A stretch of 64,000 bases of DNA from Actinomycetales bacterium (GCA_016711095.1 JADJTP010000003.1:273378-337377), one strand, 5' to 3'. Numbered from the stretch's first letter, positions 47,542-58,107 are shown. Program-made: numbers and translations. The notes: generated by a model not told the origin, from the letters alone.

Positions 47542-48960
47542 GTGACTTCAACACGCAGAAGCCTGGCCTTCCTCGCGGCCCTGGCCAGCTCAGCCGTCGC
47601 CGGCCTGGACCCGGTGTCGGTGCGGGCGCTCGCCGGCGAGGGTGAAGCCGATCTCGATATCGCCCTCGTCGTCGACACCGACGACCGGCACTGGGTGATC
47701 CGGTGCCCGAGCACTCCTGCCGCCGGCGCGCGCCTGGCGTCATCGACCGCATTGCTGCCGCTACTCGCCCGCCGCGTGCCGTTTCAGGTGCCGCTACCTC
47801 ACGGGTTCATCGCCGTGGCCGAGGGCCGAGCGACAGTCCACCGGCAGCTGCCGGGCAGACCGTTGCGTCTGGAGGGCCTGCCCCCGGGGTCGGGCCTGGC
47901 TGCCGAGCTCGGCCGGACGTTGGCTGCCATCCACAACCTGGATCGAGCCGTGTTCGAGGAGGCCGGTGTTCCGGGGTACGACGCCGACAGCTATCGCGCC
48001 CGTCATCTGGCCGATCTGGATCGCGGCGCCGCGACCGGTCACGTCCCCACCTCGTTGCTCGCCCGGTGGGAGAACGCCCTCGACGACGTCACCCTGTGGC
48101 GCTTCGCGCCGACCCCGATCCACGGTCGGATGTCGGGTCGGCACGTCCTGGCCGCCTTCGACTCCGAGGACGATGCAACCTCCGGTCATGTCAAGGCCGT
48201 CGTCGGGTGGGAGGACGCGGTCGTTGCCGACCCCGCCGAGGACCTGGCGGACATCGTCGCCCTCGCTCCTGCCGCGGCGCTCGAGTCCGTGTTGGAGGCC
48301 TACGCGAACTCCCGGATCGAGCGCCCCGACCCGCATCTGCGACGCCGGGCGAAGTTGGCGGCTGAGCTGCGTCTGCTCGGTGATCTGTTGACCGCGACAG
48401 GCGCGGGGGCGGCCGACGACGTCCGCGTGTGTGCGGCGGAACTGCAACGTCTCGACGAACGGGTCGCGGAGGGCGACTTGGCTGCGCCGGCGCCCACGCC
48501 GCTCGTCCCACGTCCGGTGCCCGTGTCGGGCGCCGCCGATCCGGGCGTCTCTCGCGATGACTCTGGTCAGAGCGCAGGTGCGGACCCTGGTGAGGACACG
48601 GTAGGAATCCTGCCGAGGGGCGCGGCGATCGGCCCGGAGGCCGAGGCCACCCAGGAGATCGACGCCGAGCACATCGCCAAGGCTCGGGCGGCAAGCCGGT
48701 CGGCCGCCGCAGGCAACGTCAGCGCAGCCGCCTCCAGCAGCGACCCTGCCGACTCCAGGGACGACCCCACGGACGACTCTGGAGACGCCTCGGGGGACGA
48801 CTCGGGGGACGACTCAGCGGACAACTCCGTGGACGACTCCGTGGACGACTCAGGGGACGACTCCAGAGAAGACCCTGGGGACGGCCCCGAAGGCGGCAGC
48901 GACCAAGCGCCAAGCGCCGCGAGCAAGACGCCCTCGGGGGTGACTGCACCCCTGCCTTGA
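47542..48960 (+). CDS. phosphotransferase (APH/choline-kinase-like fold) with acidic Asp/Ser-rich C-terminal tail
   Basis: GTG 47542 follows a GGGAGG RBS. The kinase-like core has IHNLD and VVGWEDAVVADPAEDLADI (the Brenner/DxD-like region). The tail is ...DPADSRDDPTDDSGDASGDDSGDDSADNSVDDSVDDSGDDSRED.... Confidence 0.7.
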   Translation: MTSTRRSLAFLAALASSAVAGLDPVSVRALAGEGEADLDIALVVDTDDRHWVIRCPSTPAAGARLASSTALLPLLARRVPFQVPLPHGFIAVAEGRATVHRQLPGRPLRLEGLPPGSGLAAELGRTLAAIHNLDRAVFEEAGVPGYDADSYRARHLADLDRGAATGHVPTSLLARWENALDDVTLWRFAPTPIHGRMSGRHVLAAFDSEDDATSGHVKAVVGWEDAVVADPAEDLADIVALAPAAALESVLEAYANSRIERPDPHLRRRAKLAAELRLLGDLLTATGAGAADDVRVCAAELQRLDERVAEGDLAAPAPTPLVPRPVPVSGAADPGVSRDDSGQSAGADPGEDTVGILPRGAAIGPEAEATQEIDAEHIAKARAASRSAAAGNVSAAASSSDPADSRDDPTDDSGDASGDDSGDDSADNSVDDSVDDSGDDSREDPGDGPEGGSDQAPSAASKTPSGVTAPLP

Positions 48961-48989
48961 GGCCGTGCGCGGGCATGCCGCGCACGGCC
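48961..48989. terminator. bidirectional hairpin filling the whole gap between convergent genes
   Basis: GGCCGTGCGCGG (48961-48972) pairs perfectly with CCGCGCACGGCC (48978-48989) around the loop GCATG. Confidence 0.7.
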
Positions 48990-51900
48990 TCAACCCGCAG
49001 CGGCGGGGATGCTCGCGAGCAGCGTGCGTAGTTCGCTCTCGCCCGGCAGCTCGGGCCGAACGGTCCGCCCGGTCCGGGCGTAGTAGAACGCCGCGTCGAC
49101 CTGCTCAGGAGCCAGCCCACGCAGCCGACCGTAGGCGAGGGCATAGGCACCGAGCTGCAGCGCCCGGTGTGCTGCTGCGGCGCCGATCGGCGGGTCGCCG
49201 GTCTTCCAGTCGACGACCGTCACTCCCCCGTCTGCTCGGGCGAAGACCGCGTCGATCCGGCCGCGGACTGCGATGCCGTCGACGACGGTCTCGATTGCGA
49301 CCTCGACGTCGAGAGGCACCTCGGCGGCCCACTCGCTGGCCAGGAACGTCGCCTTGAGAGCGGGAAGCTCCGCGTCGTTGCCCGGGTCCTGGTCAGCCGA
49401 GCCCGGGAGCTCGCTCGGATCGAGCAGAGCCGCTCGCGCGAAATGCTGTTCGACCCACGCGTGGAAGGCGGTGCCCCGACGGGCTGCCAGGGCCGGTTCG
49501 CTCGGCATCGGACGGCGCAGCCCATTCGCGAACCGCACCGGATCGGCCGCGAACTGCACGACGTCGGACGCCGAGATGTGCGTGGGGACCTCGACGATCG
49601 TCGCGGTACGACTTCCCGCCGAACGTCGCTCGGTGAGCAACATCTCGACGTCGGCGGCATACGGATCGGCCTGGACAGCGGCGGCAGCGGCGGCCCCGGC
49701 AGTGACGGTCCTGGGAGAGCCCGAGCTGTCAGTGGCTGCGTGCCTCTCGGGCCCGATGCCCAGCGTCTCGCGTGCGGCGGAGACGACCGTGGCCGCGCGG
49801 CGGACGGCCTCCACGCGGGTGTGGTCGGGGTCGGGGGGCCAGAGGACGACGACGCACTCTTCGTCGACCGGGTTGGCCGGCACCGCCAACGGGTCGGGCA
49901 TCGGCGCCCACTCTGTGACCCGCAGGCCGAGCTCGTCGCGGGCACGCACGAGCTCGCGCATGAACCGAGACGTGACTCGATGCTTCTTCTGACTGCTCCA
50001 CACGCTCGTGGTGAGCAGCAGGCGCTGTCGGGCCCTGGTGACTGCGACATAGGCCAGTCGGCGCTCCTCCTCGAGCCCTCGCTGGCCCTCGGCAGTGCGG
50101 AAAGTCTTGCGCCGAGCCTCAAGCTCACCGAGGTCTTTCGCTCCCGAGCAGCGAAGCACGGGCAGTCCGTCGGCGTCCCCCCGCAGCGCGTAGGGGACGC
50201 CCGCTGCGCCGATCGTCCACCCCGACGGAGCCGGGTCGGGCATGGTCCAGCGCTTCCCGTCGTACCGCGGATTCGGGTTGCTCATCGACGCCGGGAAATT
50301 GAGCTCAGTCAGACCGGGCACCGCGACAACGTCCCATTCCAACCCCTTGGCGGCGTGCACGGTGAGGATTTGGACGGCGTCTCGCGAGGGTTCGGCGGTT
50401 GCCTTCTCCAGCCCCCGCTCCTCGGCGATCGCCGCGTCGAGCCAGGCGAGAAACCCGGCGAGGCTTGGCCGGTCGGCCGCTGTCGAGAACTCGGCTGCGA
50501 CGTCGGCGAAGGCGTCGAGGTGGGCGCGGGCAGCCTCGGGCGTGTAGTCGGGCCGGGCCAGCACCTCGACGTCCAGGCCCAGGGCGCGTTCGGCCTCGCC
50601 GACCAGCTCGGCGAGCGGCAGACCGGTGAGACGCCGCAGCCGCCGGATCGCTTCGGCCAGCCCACTCAACCTCGCGAGCACTCCCTCGCCGAACCGCTGA
50701 CCGTCACCGCCGCGCCACTGGGGCGGCGGCAGGTCATCGAGGGCCTCGACCAGGCTCGGTTCGTCGACGACGTCGGGGGCCAGGTCGACCAGGGGCCCAT
50801 GAGGGTCGTCGAGCCCCGTGTCCTCGTTGCGACCGGCCGGGTCAAGATCGAGCCCCAGCTCGCCGCGCTGCTGCGCCAGGATTACCCGCTGGCGGAAACG
50901 CGCCCACTCATGCAGCGCGTCGAGATCGGCGGCACCGAGTCGGCAACTCGGCCCCAGGAGCAGCCGCATGAGGGCGTCGCCACGGCTGGGGTCGGCGATG
51001 ACCCGAAGAGCCGCGACGAGGTCGACAACCTCGGGCGTGAGCAACAACCCGCCGAGCCCGACCACCTCGAAGGGCACGCCCGCGTCCTCGAGGGCCGCCA
51101 TGATCGGCCCGAACTGGGATCGCTTGCGGCACAACACCGCGGCGGTGGTGGTCGCGCGCGATCGGACCCGGACCAGCCACTGCGCGACGTATGCCGCCTC
51201 CTCAAGATGCGTGGTCAGCCTCGCCGCCTCGACGTCTCCGGGGCCTGCTCCGGCCCGCGCCCGCAGCGGGGCGACATCGACTCGAGCCTTCTCGCGAAGT
51301 GGGGCGGACACGATGTTGGCGGCGGCGAGGATGGCCGCGTCGTTGCGCCAGGTCGTCGACAGCTGCAGCACGGGGGTCCGCGACCCGTCAGAGAACTCGT
51401 CGGGGAAACGGGTGAGCGTCGTCGCGCTGGCCCCCCGCCAGCCATAGATCGACTGGTGAGGGTCACCCACAGCCGTGACCGGCACAGGCTGCCCCGCGGC
51501 GACGAACAGCGAGCGCAGCAGGACGAGCTGGGCCTCGGAGGTGTCCTGGAACTCATCGAGCAGCACGACCCTGAAACGGGCTCGTTCGTCGCGTCCGATC
51601 TCGGGAAAGTCCCGCGCCAGACGAGCAGCAAGGGCCACCTGGTCGGCGAAGTCGAGGGCGTCGCGAGAACGTTTGAGCTCATCGAAGGTATCGACGACCG
51701 GCAGCAGGGCTCGACGGGCCACGAGTGCCGTGCGCATCTCGACCAGACCGGAGGGCATCGAAGCGGGCTTGGTCGGAAGCGGCGTGGCGTTGAGCGCCCC
51801 GATGACCTGATCAAGCTCGCGGCGCAGGTCATCGGTGCTGAGCAGGTGTTCGGCCAACTCGCCGGCCAGATCGACGACGGCGGAGATGGCGGTCGACTCA

Positions 51901-52406
51901 GCGAAGTGCATCTCGGTGAGGTCGCCGTCGAAGCCGGCGACTGCTTCCGCGGCATACTGCCAGGCTGCGGCTTCGGACAGCAGCCGGGAGTCAGGCTCGC
52001 GACCCAGGCGCAGTGCGTTCTCGCGCACGAGGCGGCCGGCGTACGAGTGATAGGTGGAGATGGTGGGGGTGCCACCGAGCGCTTCGGCTCCCTGGTCGTC
52101 TCGACCCGGCACCCACAGCCCGGCGTGCTGGACTCGCCGGAGCCGCAACGAAACTCGTTCGGCGAGCTCGGCGGCGGCCTTGCGAGTGAAGGTGAGCCCG
52201 AGCACCTGGTCTGGCTGAACGAGGCCATTGACGACGAGCCAGACGACCCTGGCAGCCATCGTCTCGGTCTTGCCGCTGCCCGCGCCGGCGACGACGAGCA
52301 GCGGTTGCAGCGGGGCCTCGATGACGGCGGCCTGCTCGTCGGTCGGGGGGTGGGCCAAACCCGAGGCAGCGGCGACCTCGGCTGCCGAAAGGCGGCCGGC
52401 GCTCAC
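48990..52406 (-). CDS. adnB: ATP-dependent helicase-nuclease subunit AdnB (UvrD-like motor plus RecB-type nuclease)
   Basis: GTG 52406 overlaps the adnA stop as GTGA. It has Walker A VVAGAGSGKTETMA, LLDEFQDTS, LTVHAAKGLEWD and the C-terminal nuclease RGRIDAVFARADGGVTVVDWKTG. The 1571-aa track ORF is an artefactual 5' extension. Confidence 0.88.
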   Translation of the reverse strand: MSAGRLSAAEVAAASGLAHPPTDEQAAVIEAPLQPLLVVAGAGSGKTETMAARVVWLVVNGLVQPDQVLGLTFTRKAAAELAERVSLRLRRVQHAGLWVPGRDDQGAEALGGTPTISTYHSYAGRLVRENALRLGREPDSRLLSEAAAWQYAAEAVAGFDGDLTEMHFAESTAISAVVDLAGELAEHLLSTDDLRRELDQVIGALNATPLPTKPASMPSGLVEMRTALVARRALLPVVDTFDELKRSRDALDFADQVALAARLARDFPEIGRDERARFRVVLLDEFQDTSEAQLVLLRSLFVAAGQPVPVTAVGDPHQSIYGWRGASATTLTRFPDEFSDGSRTPVLQLSTTWRNDAAILAAANIVSAPLREKARVDVAPLRARAGAGPGDVEAARLTTHLEEAAYVAQWLVRVRSRATTTAAVLCRKRSQFGPIMAALEDAGVPFEVVGLGGLLLTPEVVDLVAALRVIADPSRGDALMRLLLGPSCRLGAADLDALHEWARFRQRVILAQQRGELGLDLDPAGRNEDTGLDDPHGPLVDLAPDVVDEPSLVEALDDLPPPQWRGGDGQRFGEGVLARLSGLAEAIRRLRRLTGLPLAELVGEAERALGLDVEVLARPDYTPEAARAHLDAFADVAAEFSTAADRPSLAGFLAWLDAAIAEERGLEKATAEPSRDAVQILTVHAAKGLEWDVVAVPGLTELNFPASMSNPNPRYDGKRWTMPDPAPSGWTIGAAGVPYALRGDADGLPVLRCSGAKDLGELEARRKTFRTAEGQRGLEEERRLAYVAVTRARQRLLLTTSVWSSQKKHRVTSRFMRELVRARDELGLRVTEWAPMPDPLAVPANPVDEECVVVLWPPDPDHTRVEAVRRAATVVSAARETLGIGPERHAATDSSGSPRTVTAGAAAAAAVQADPYAADVEMLLTERRSAGSRTATIVEVPTHISASDVVQFAADPVRFANGLRRPMPSEPALAARRGTAFHAWVEQHFARAALLDPSELPGSADQDPGNDAELPALKATFLASEWAAEVPLDVEVAIETVVDGIAVRGRIDAVFARADGGVTVVDWKTGDPPIGAAAAHRALQLGAYALAYGRLRGLAPEQVDAAFYYARTGRTVRPELPGESELRTLLASIPAAAG

Positions 52407-55400
52407 AAGGTCGCCCCTTCGGATTGGGCCGGGCACGAGGTCTTGACCGGGCAGTTCCGGCAGTGCGTGCCTGGCGTCGCCGCGAACCGTGACCCCGCCA
52501 TCCCCTCGGCGGTCCGAGCGATCAGCTCGTGTGCCCAGCGCGGGTCGGGGTCGGCCTCGAGGGCGGGCTGCACTTGGAGGGTGACCGACTTGTTGGCGGC
52601 CTTGCCAACATGCAATAGAGCGGCTCCGCCGCTGTGGACGCCGAACTCGCCGCAGCCGCCCTCGACCACGGCCGCCTGGTAGACCCCGAGCTGGGGGTGG
52701 CGGGCGATGGCCTGGTTGGTTGGTTTGCTCGACCCGGTCTTGTAGTCGAGGACCCGCACCGCCCCACTCGGGTGCCGCTCGAGCCGGTCGAGCTTGCCAG
52801 TCACCGTCGCCCGGCCGATCTGGACGACGATCTTGAGCTCGGCCGCCACGGGCTTCCAGGTCGCGGCCTCGGCCGAGGCGAAGTAGCCGGCGAGCCGGGT
52901 GGCCATCGCGGCCGCCTCTGCCCGCTTTCGGGCATCGACCCAGCCCGGCGGGAGGCCCAACTGGGGCCAGCGGCGCTCGATCTCGACCTGCAGGGTGGGC
53001 GCGTCGACGTCGCCGAGATCGGCGACGACGTCGTGGACGAGGGTGCCGATGGTCGCCGAGTCGCTCTTGAGCCCGTCGCCGCCGCACGCCCGCAACAACC
53101 ACTGCAGGCCGCAGGCGCCGAACTGCTCGACCTTCGAGGGCGAAACCCGAACGCTCTGGCCCTCGGCTCGGCGCGGCCGCTCCACGGGGTCGGGCACGAG
53201 CGCCCACCACGATCCCGGGTCCGCTCCGGGCACACCTTCGTCGGCGAGCCGGGCCAAATGGCGACCGGCCTGCGCAGCGAGCACGCCGTCGGGCGAGGTG
53301 GCGGCCTGGCGCAGAGCGCCGACCAGACCGGCCAGGGTGAGCGCCCGACCGACCTCGGTGAACGGTCGGATGCCGTCGATCGCGTCGGCGCGAGTCGTGA
53401 CCTCGGCGTTCCCGACGGCAGCACCGGCGGGCGGCGGACCGAGCGGATCCACCAGGTCGAGATAGACGGAGGGTTGTTCGTCGTCGCTGCGGACGGCGCA
53501 CATCAACACCCGCTCGCTGGCCCGGGTCAACGCGACGTACAGCAACTTGGTTTCGTCGTAACCGACCGCGGCATGGGCGGCCCGCGCCGACCCGCCGCGA
53601 CCGGTGAGTACATCGACAAGACGCTCCGAGCCCAACAGCGATCCCCGCAGCCGCAGGTCGGGCCACACCCCTTCCTGCACGCCCGCGATGCACACGAACC
53701 GCCACTGGCCCCCGGCCGCGGCGGCGGGGGTGAGCAGGGCGACGGCATCGGTCGACGGGGCGCGCAATGCGAGGGTGTCGCCGGGGACCTCCTCGCTGCG
53801 GATGTGGTCGAGGAAGGCGTCAGGCCCGGATCCGGGAAGCCGGTCGGCATGACGGGCGGCTGCGACGAAGAGGGCGACGACGGCGTCGAGATCCCGATCG
53901 GCGCGAGCCCCGGCGGCGCCGCCGCCCAGGGCGGTGCGCCGCCATGGGTCGGCCAGGCCCAGCGCCGACCAGATGGCCCAGAGCACCGACTCAGCGCTCA
54001 CCCCGGCCGCCCAGCCGTGACCGTCCGGGGCCCGCCGGGCAGCACCGACACCGGCGACGACCGCCCGGGTGATCCTGCGCAGCGGGCCCCCGTCCGGACC
54101 CGACAGCTCGGAGGTGATGGCATCCCCGACGGCCGATGCGAGCAACTCGTCGCTGCTGCGCCGTCCCCCTGCGTCGAGCTCTTGGCGCCGCAGCGCCCGA
54201 CGCAGCCGACGCAGACCTACGGCGTCGGCCCCGCCCAGCGGCGACAGGCACAGGTCGGCGGCTTCTGCCGGGCTGAGCCGCGCCGATGGGTCGACCGCCC
54301 ACCGCAGCGAGAGCTCGAGCAATCCGAGCAACGGCCTGACGGCCACCTCCTCACGGACCGGCAGCTCAACCGCCGGAGCAGCGACCGGCACACCAGAGGC
54401 GGCCAGGACCCGGCGCAATGTCCCGCTGCGTCCGCGGCCGCGGACGACGACCGCCATCTCGCGCCACGGCATACCGTCACGCAGGTGAGCCCTGCGCAGC
54501 GCGGAGGCGACGTATGCCGCCTCCTGGGCTGCCGAGCGCAGCAACGCCACCTCGACGTGGCCACCGTCGCGGGCTGGGGCGGTGCGGCGCTGAGCACCCC
54601 CACCGGTAGCTCCGATCCGGCGGGCTACCTCTGCCGCGGCCGCGTGAAGGACGGCAGGCGTGCGGTATGCCGTGCCGAGCACCACCGTGGGGGCGTCGGC
54701 GAGGGCGGGCCAGAGCGACCACCAGAGCAGCCGAGGATCGGCACCCCGGAAGGTCTGGACCGAGCGGTCGGGGTCGCCGAGCAGAACGACCTGCAGGCCG
54801 GGGTGCGCGATCGTCCGCAGCAACCGGGCAGCCGCCCAGGTGAGTTCCTGGGCGTCGTCGACGACGACGAGACGCACCTGCTCACGAAGCCGGGCGAGCG
54901 CGTCGGGGTCGTCGTCGAGCAGTTCGGCGGCAGCGGTGAGGATCCAGGCTGGGTCGTAGGCGCCGGGCCGCGAGAGGGCGGTGACCTGGTCGTATTCGTC
55001 GAGGACTTCAGCCGCGGCGAACCATTCGGGCCGGCCGTGGACCTGGCCGAGATGGGCCAACTGTTTGGCATCCACACCGTGCTCGACGGCCCGCATAAGC
55101 AGGTCGCGCAGCTCGGCGCGAAAGCCTCTGGTGCCGAGAGCGGCGGACAGTTTCTCGGGCCACAGCGGACCGCCGCCAGATTCCGCATGGCCGGCGAGCA
55201 GATCGCGCAGCACGACGTCCTGCTCGGGACCGCTGAGCAGCAGGGGAGCCGGGTCCCCACGCAGGGCGGCCTCGCGACGCAGGATGGAGAATCCGAAGGC
55301 CTGATGAGTCCGGGCGAGCGGTTCGGTCGACGTACCACCGAGGCGGGCGGTGACTCGCTGACGCAAGGTCGCGGCGGCGGCACGGGTCGGGGCGAGCAGC

Positions 55401-55594
55401 ACGCACTCGTCGGGGGCAAGCCCCACGCGGGTCACCCGGTCGACGACGAACTCGACGGCCAGGGTCGACAGCCCCGAGCCCGGCCCGCCGAGCACCCTGG
55501 CCACCGGCGCCTGCAGGGCGAGGGCAGCGCGCTGCGAGTCATCGAGCGACGGCGCGTCGACGACGAGCGCTGGAGGGCGTCGCAGGGTGAGCAT
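52403..55594 (-). CDS. adnA: helicase-nuclease subunit AdnA (degenerate motor, RecB-type nuclease with Cys cluster)
   Basis: 1063 aa. It has a degenerate P-loop GGPGSGLST, VVDDAQELT, the nuclease TGKLDRLERHPSGAVRVLDYKTG and the terminal CRNCPVKTSCPAQ. It sits upstream of adnB, as in Mtb Rv3202c/Rv3201c. Confidence 0.85.
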   Translation of the reverse strand: MLTLRRPPALVVDAPSLDDSQRAALALQAPVARVLGGPGSGLSTLAVEFVVDRVTRVGLAPDECVLLAPTRAAAATLRQRVTARLGGTSTEPLARTHQAFGFSILRREAALRGDPAPLLLSGPEQDVVLRDLLAGHAESGGGPLWPEKLSAALGTRGFRAELRDLLMRAVEHGVDAKQLAHLGQVHGRPEWFAAAEVLDEYDQVTALSRPGAYDPAWILTAAAELLDDDPDALARLREQVRLVVVDDAQELTWAAARLLRTIAHPGLQVVLLGDPDRSVQTFRGADPRLLWWSLWPALADAPTVVLGTAYRTPAVLHAAAAEVARRIGATGGGAQRRTAPARDGGHVEVALLRSAAQEAAYVASALRRAHLRDGMPWREMAVVVRGRGRSGTLRRVLAASGVPVAAPAVELPVREEVAVRPLLGLLELSLRWAVDPSARLSPAEAADLCLSPLGGADAVGLRRLRRALRRQELDAGGRRSSDELLASAVGDAITSELSGPDGGPLRRITRAVVAGVGAARRAPDGHGWAAGVSAESVLWAIWSALGLADPWRRTALGGGAAGARADRDLDAVVALFVAAARHADRLPGSGPDAFLDHIRSEEVPGDTLALRAPSTDAVALLTPAAAAGGQWRFVCIAGVQEGVWPDLRLRGSLLGSERLVDVLTGRGGSARAAHAAVGYDETKLLYVALTRASERVLMCAVRSDDEQPSVYLDLVDPLGPPPAGAAVGNAEVTTRADAIDGIRPFTEVGRALTLAGLVGALRQAATSPDGVLAAQAGRHLARLADEGVPGADPGSWWALVPDPVERPRRAEGQSVRVSPSKVEQFGACGLQWLLRACGGDGLKSDSATIGTLVHDVVADLGDVDAPTLQVEIERRWPQLGLPPGWVDARKRAEAAAMATRLAGYFASAEAATWKPVAAELKIVVQIGRATVTGKLDRLERHPSGAVRVLDYKTGSSKPTNQAIARHPQLGVYQAAVVEGGCGEFGVHSGGAALLHVGKAANKSVTLQVQPALEADPDPRWAHELIARTAEGMAGSRFAATPGTHCRNCPVKTSCPAQSEGATL

Positions 55595-55643
55595 GACCTC
55601 ATCCCATCATGTGGCCCCGACAGTCAATCGAGTGCCCGCCGAG

Positions 55644-55982
55644 TCAGACCGACGCCACCTCCGGGCGCCCGTGCGGCCCCGGCCACCGGGCTCTCACCAG
55701 GTCGACACGGACATCGCCGGACGGCATACCGATCAGGGGAGTGTTTTCGTCACGGTAGTGCTCGGCGGCCGCTGCGCCGAGCCCCCGTGGTGGCAACCCG
55801 CCGGCCCGCACGACGCGCCACCAGGGCACGTCGGAGCCGTAGCGGCTCATGACCTGGCCCGCCTGCCTCGGCCCCCCTGAACCGACCCAGCGGGCGAGGT
55901 CGCCGTAGGTCGCGACCTGGCCGGGCGGAATCTGCTCGACAAGCTCCAGAACGAGCTCAGCATGCTCGGGCAGCGCATCCAT
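55644..55982 (-). CDS. MGMT-family DNA-binding domain protein (alkyltransferase-like)
   Basis: 112 aa from ATG 55982. It has IPPGQVATYGDLARWVG...PWWRVV and lacks the PCHR active-site Cys motif. This matches the Mtb Rv3204 position. Confidence 0.75.
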   Translation of the reverse strand: MDALPEHAELVLELVEQIPPGQVATYGDLARWVGSGGPRQAGQVMSRYGSDVPWWRVVRAGGLPPRGLGAAAAEHYRDENTPLIGMPSGDVRVDLVRARWPGPHGRPEVASV

Positions 55983-55992
55983 CGCCAGCCCC

Positions 55993-57186
55993 TCAATAGG
56001 TTGCCTGGGACGGGTCGACGTCACGCACCCAGGCGAGCACACCACCTTCGAGGTTGGCGGCATACCGCCAGCCGGCAGCCATCGCGTGGCGGGTAGCGTC
56101 CGCAGATCGGATGCCGGTCTTGCAGACGAAGACGAGCGGCTGGGCAGGCGTGCCCAACTCACGGCGAGAGAAGGCGATCCCCGAGCGCAGGTCCGCAAGT
56201 TCGACCGCCACCGAGCCGGGCACCGAGACGATAGCGCGCTCGGGGGCCGAGCGGACGTCGATGACCAGTGGCGGGTGCGGGCGCCGCAGTTCGGCGGCGA
56301 GATCGCGCGCACTGACGCTCGGGACCGGGGGGTGGGTCGCTGAATCCTCCGTCACGGGGATCTGAGCTGGTCCGGCGTGGGCGTCGGCAGCCTGCGCGGA
56401 GAGGGCAGGCATGCCGCACACCGGACACTCGGGGTCAGCCGTGACCGGCAGCGTGTCCCAGCTTTGGCGCAGCCCGTCGTGCACCAACAACCGCCCGATC
56501 AGCGGTTCGCCGATGCCCAGCACAAGCTTGAGCGCCTCGACGGCCTGGATGCAGCCGATCGTCCCGACGAGCGCGCCGAGCACTCCGGCCTCGGCGCACG
56601 AGGGCACCGCGTCGGCTGCTGGTTCGCTGGGGAAGACACAGCGATAGCAGGGCCCGTGGTGGGCCCACCACACCGACACCTGCGCGTCGAAACGCAACAC
56701 CGATGCCCACACGTGCGGAACTCCCGCGCGGGCGCATGCCTCGCCAAGCAGATAGCGCGTCTCGAAGGTGTCGGTTCCGTCGACGACCACGTCGTATGCC
56801 GCGACGAGCCCCGCCGCGCTGTCGTGGGTGACCCGGCCGGCATGCGTTTCCACGCGTACGTCGGGGTTCAGTCGGGCCACGGCTTCGGCCGCGGTCACGA
56901 CCTTGGGCCGTCCGAGATCCGCTGTGCCATAGGCGATCTGGCGTGGCAGGTTGGTGAGGTCGACGGTGTCGTCGTCGGCGATGCCGAGGGTTCCGACACC
57001 GGCGGCCGCCAGATAGAGCAGAGCGGGCGAGCCGAGCCCCCCGGCGCCGACGACCAGGACACGTGCGGCGGCGAGGCGACGCTGGCCGTCGAGGCCGATC
57101 TCGGGCAGCAGCAGGTGGCGGGCATAGCGAGTGCGCTGGGCCGCATCGAGTGTTGTCCTGGCGTCCATTGCTGGCGAGGCTAACAT
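55993..57186 (-). CDS. moeZ: adenylyltransferase/sulfurtransferase MoeZ (ThiF/MoeB domain plus rhodanese)
   Basis: Contains RYARHLLLPEIGLDGQRRLAAARVLVVGAGGLGSPALLYLAAAGVG, CxxC pairs, and the C-terminal rhodanese VCKTGIRS. The start is uncertain: ATG 57186 or ATG 57168. The track ORF start at 57330 is too long. Confidence 0.85.
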   Translation of the reverse strand: MLASPAMDARTTLDAAQRTRYARHLLLPEIGLDGQRRLAAARVLVVGAGGLGSPALLYLAAAGVGTLGIADDDTVDLTNLPRQIAYGTADLGRPKVVTAAEAVARLNPDVRVETHAGRVTHDSAAGLVAAYDVVVDGTDTFETRYLLGEACARAGVPHVWASVLRFDAQVSVWWAHHGPCYRCVFPSEPAADAVPSCAEAGVLGALVGTIGCIQAVEALKLVLGIGEPLIGRLLVHDGLRQSWDTLPVTADPECPVCGMPALSAQAADAHAGPAQIPVTEDSATHPPVPSVSARDLAAELRRPHPPLVIDVRSAPERAIVSVPGSVAVELADLRSGIAFSRRELGTPAQPLVFVCKTGIRSADATRHAMAAGWRYAANLEGGVLAWVRDVDPSQATY

Positions 57187-57284
57187 TCCCCCTTCGGACC
57201 CCCGCTGGGCTACCCGCGAGTAGGATGGCAGGGACGGTAAGTCATGCCCGCGCCGCGGGCCCGATCGCACGAGCGAGGCAAGCG

Positions 57285-58079
57285 ATGCCGGTGGGCAACG
57301 ACCCGCGACGCCGCGTCGCGGCTGCCGCACCCGGCATACCGAAGGTCTCGACGGCTGCGGCCGTCACGGCCCCCACCACCCCGTCGCGGACGACCGCACC
57401 GATGCCGACCGCGACGACCAGCACCACCTCACGGCCCGCCCGTGGCCAACGCCTGCCCCGCCCTGCTCGGCGCGCCCAGCTGCTGGCCGCCGCGCAGGCC
57501 GCGTTCGTCGAGTCCGGCTACTACGCCGCCGCGATGGACGACATTGCCGCCCGCGCCGGGGTCTCCAAACCCGTTCTCTATCAACATTTCCCCGGCAAAC
57601 TCGAGCTGTATCTCGCCTTGCTCGACGAGCGCGCCAGCGACTTGGTCGTCGCGGTCCGCGCGGCCCTTGACACCTCGACCGATAACAAGGAACGCGTCTT
57701 CGCGACGATCTCGGCCTACTTCGAGTTCGTCGCCCGCGACGGCTCGGCCTATCGGCTGCTGTTCGACAGTGACCTCATCAACGAGGAGGCCGTGAGCAGC
57801 CGGATCGACGAGGCTCTCACCCGCTGCGGCGAGGCCTTCGCCGACCTCATCACGGCCGACACCAAGATGAGCCGAGCCGACGCGATGGTGCTTGCCATGG
57901 CCCTCACCGGGATGGCCCAAGTAGCCGCGCGCAACTGGGCGGTCCTGGACACCACCGTCGGGCGCCAGGAGACGGCCCGCCTGGTCGGGCAGCTCGCCTG
58001 GCGCGGGCTCGGCGGCTTCCCCAAGGTCGCCCGACCCGCCGAAGCGCCAGCCGCCGGGGAACACGCCGCGCCCTCATAG
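57285..58079 (+). CDS. TetR/AcrR family transcriptional regulator
   Basis: HTH MDDIAARAGVSKPVLYQHFPGKLELY, with a P/T-rich N-terminal extension. The start is uncertain (57285 or 57402). This matches the Mtb Rv3208 position. Confidence 0.82.
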   Translation: MPVGNDPRRRVAAAAPGIPKVSTAAAVTAPTTPSRTTAPMPTATTSTTSRPARGQRLPRPARRAQLLAAAQAAFVESGYYAAAMDDIAARAGVSKPVLYQHFPGKLELYLALLDERASDLVVAVRAALDTSTDNKERVFATISAYFEFVARDGSAYRLLFDSDLINEEAVSSRIDEALTRCGEAFADLITADTKMSRADAMVLAMALTGMAQVAARNWAVLDTTVGRQETARLVGQLAWRGLGGFPKVARPAEAPAAGEHAAPS

Positions 58080-58107
58080 AGTTGAGTCATCGCAAGACAC
58101 GACACGG

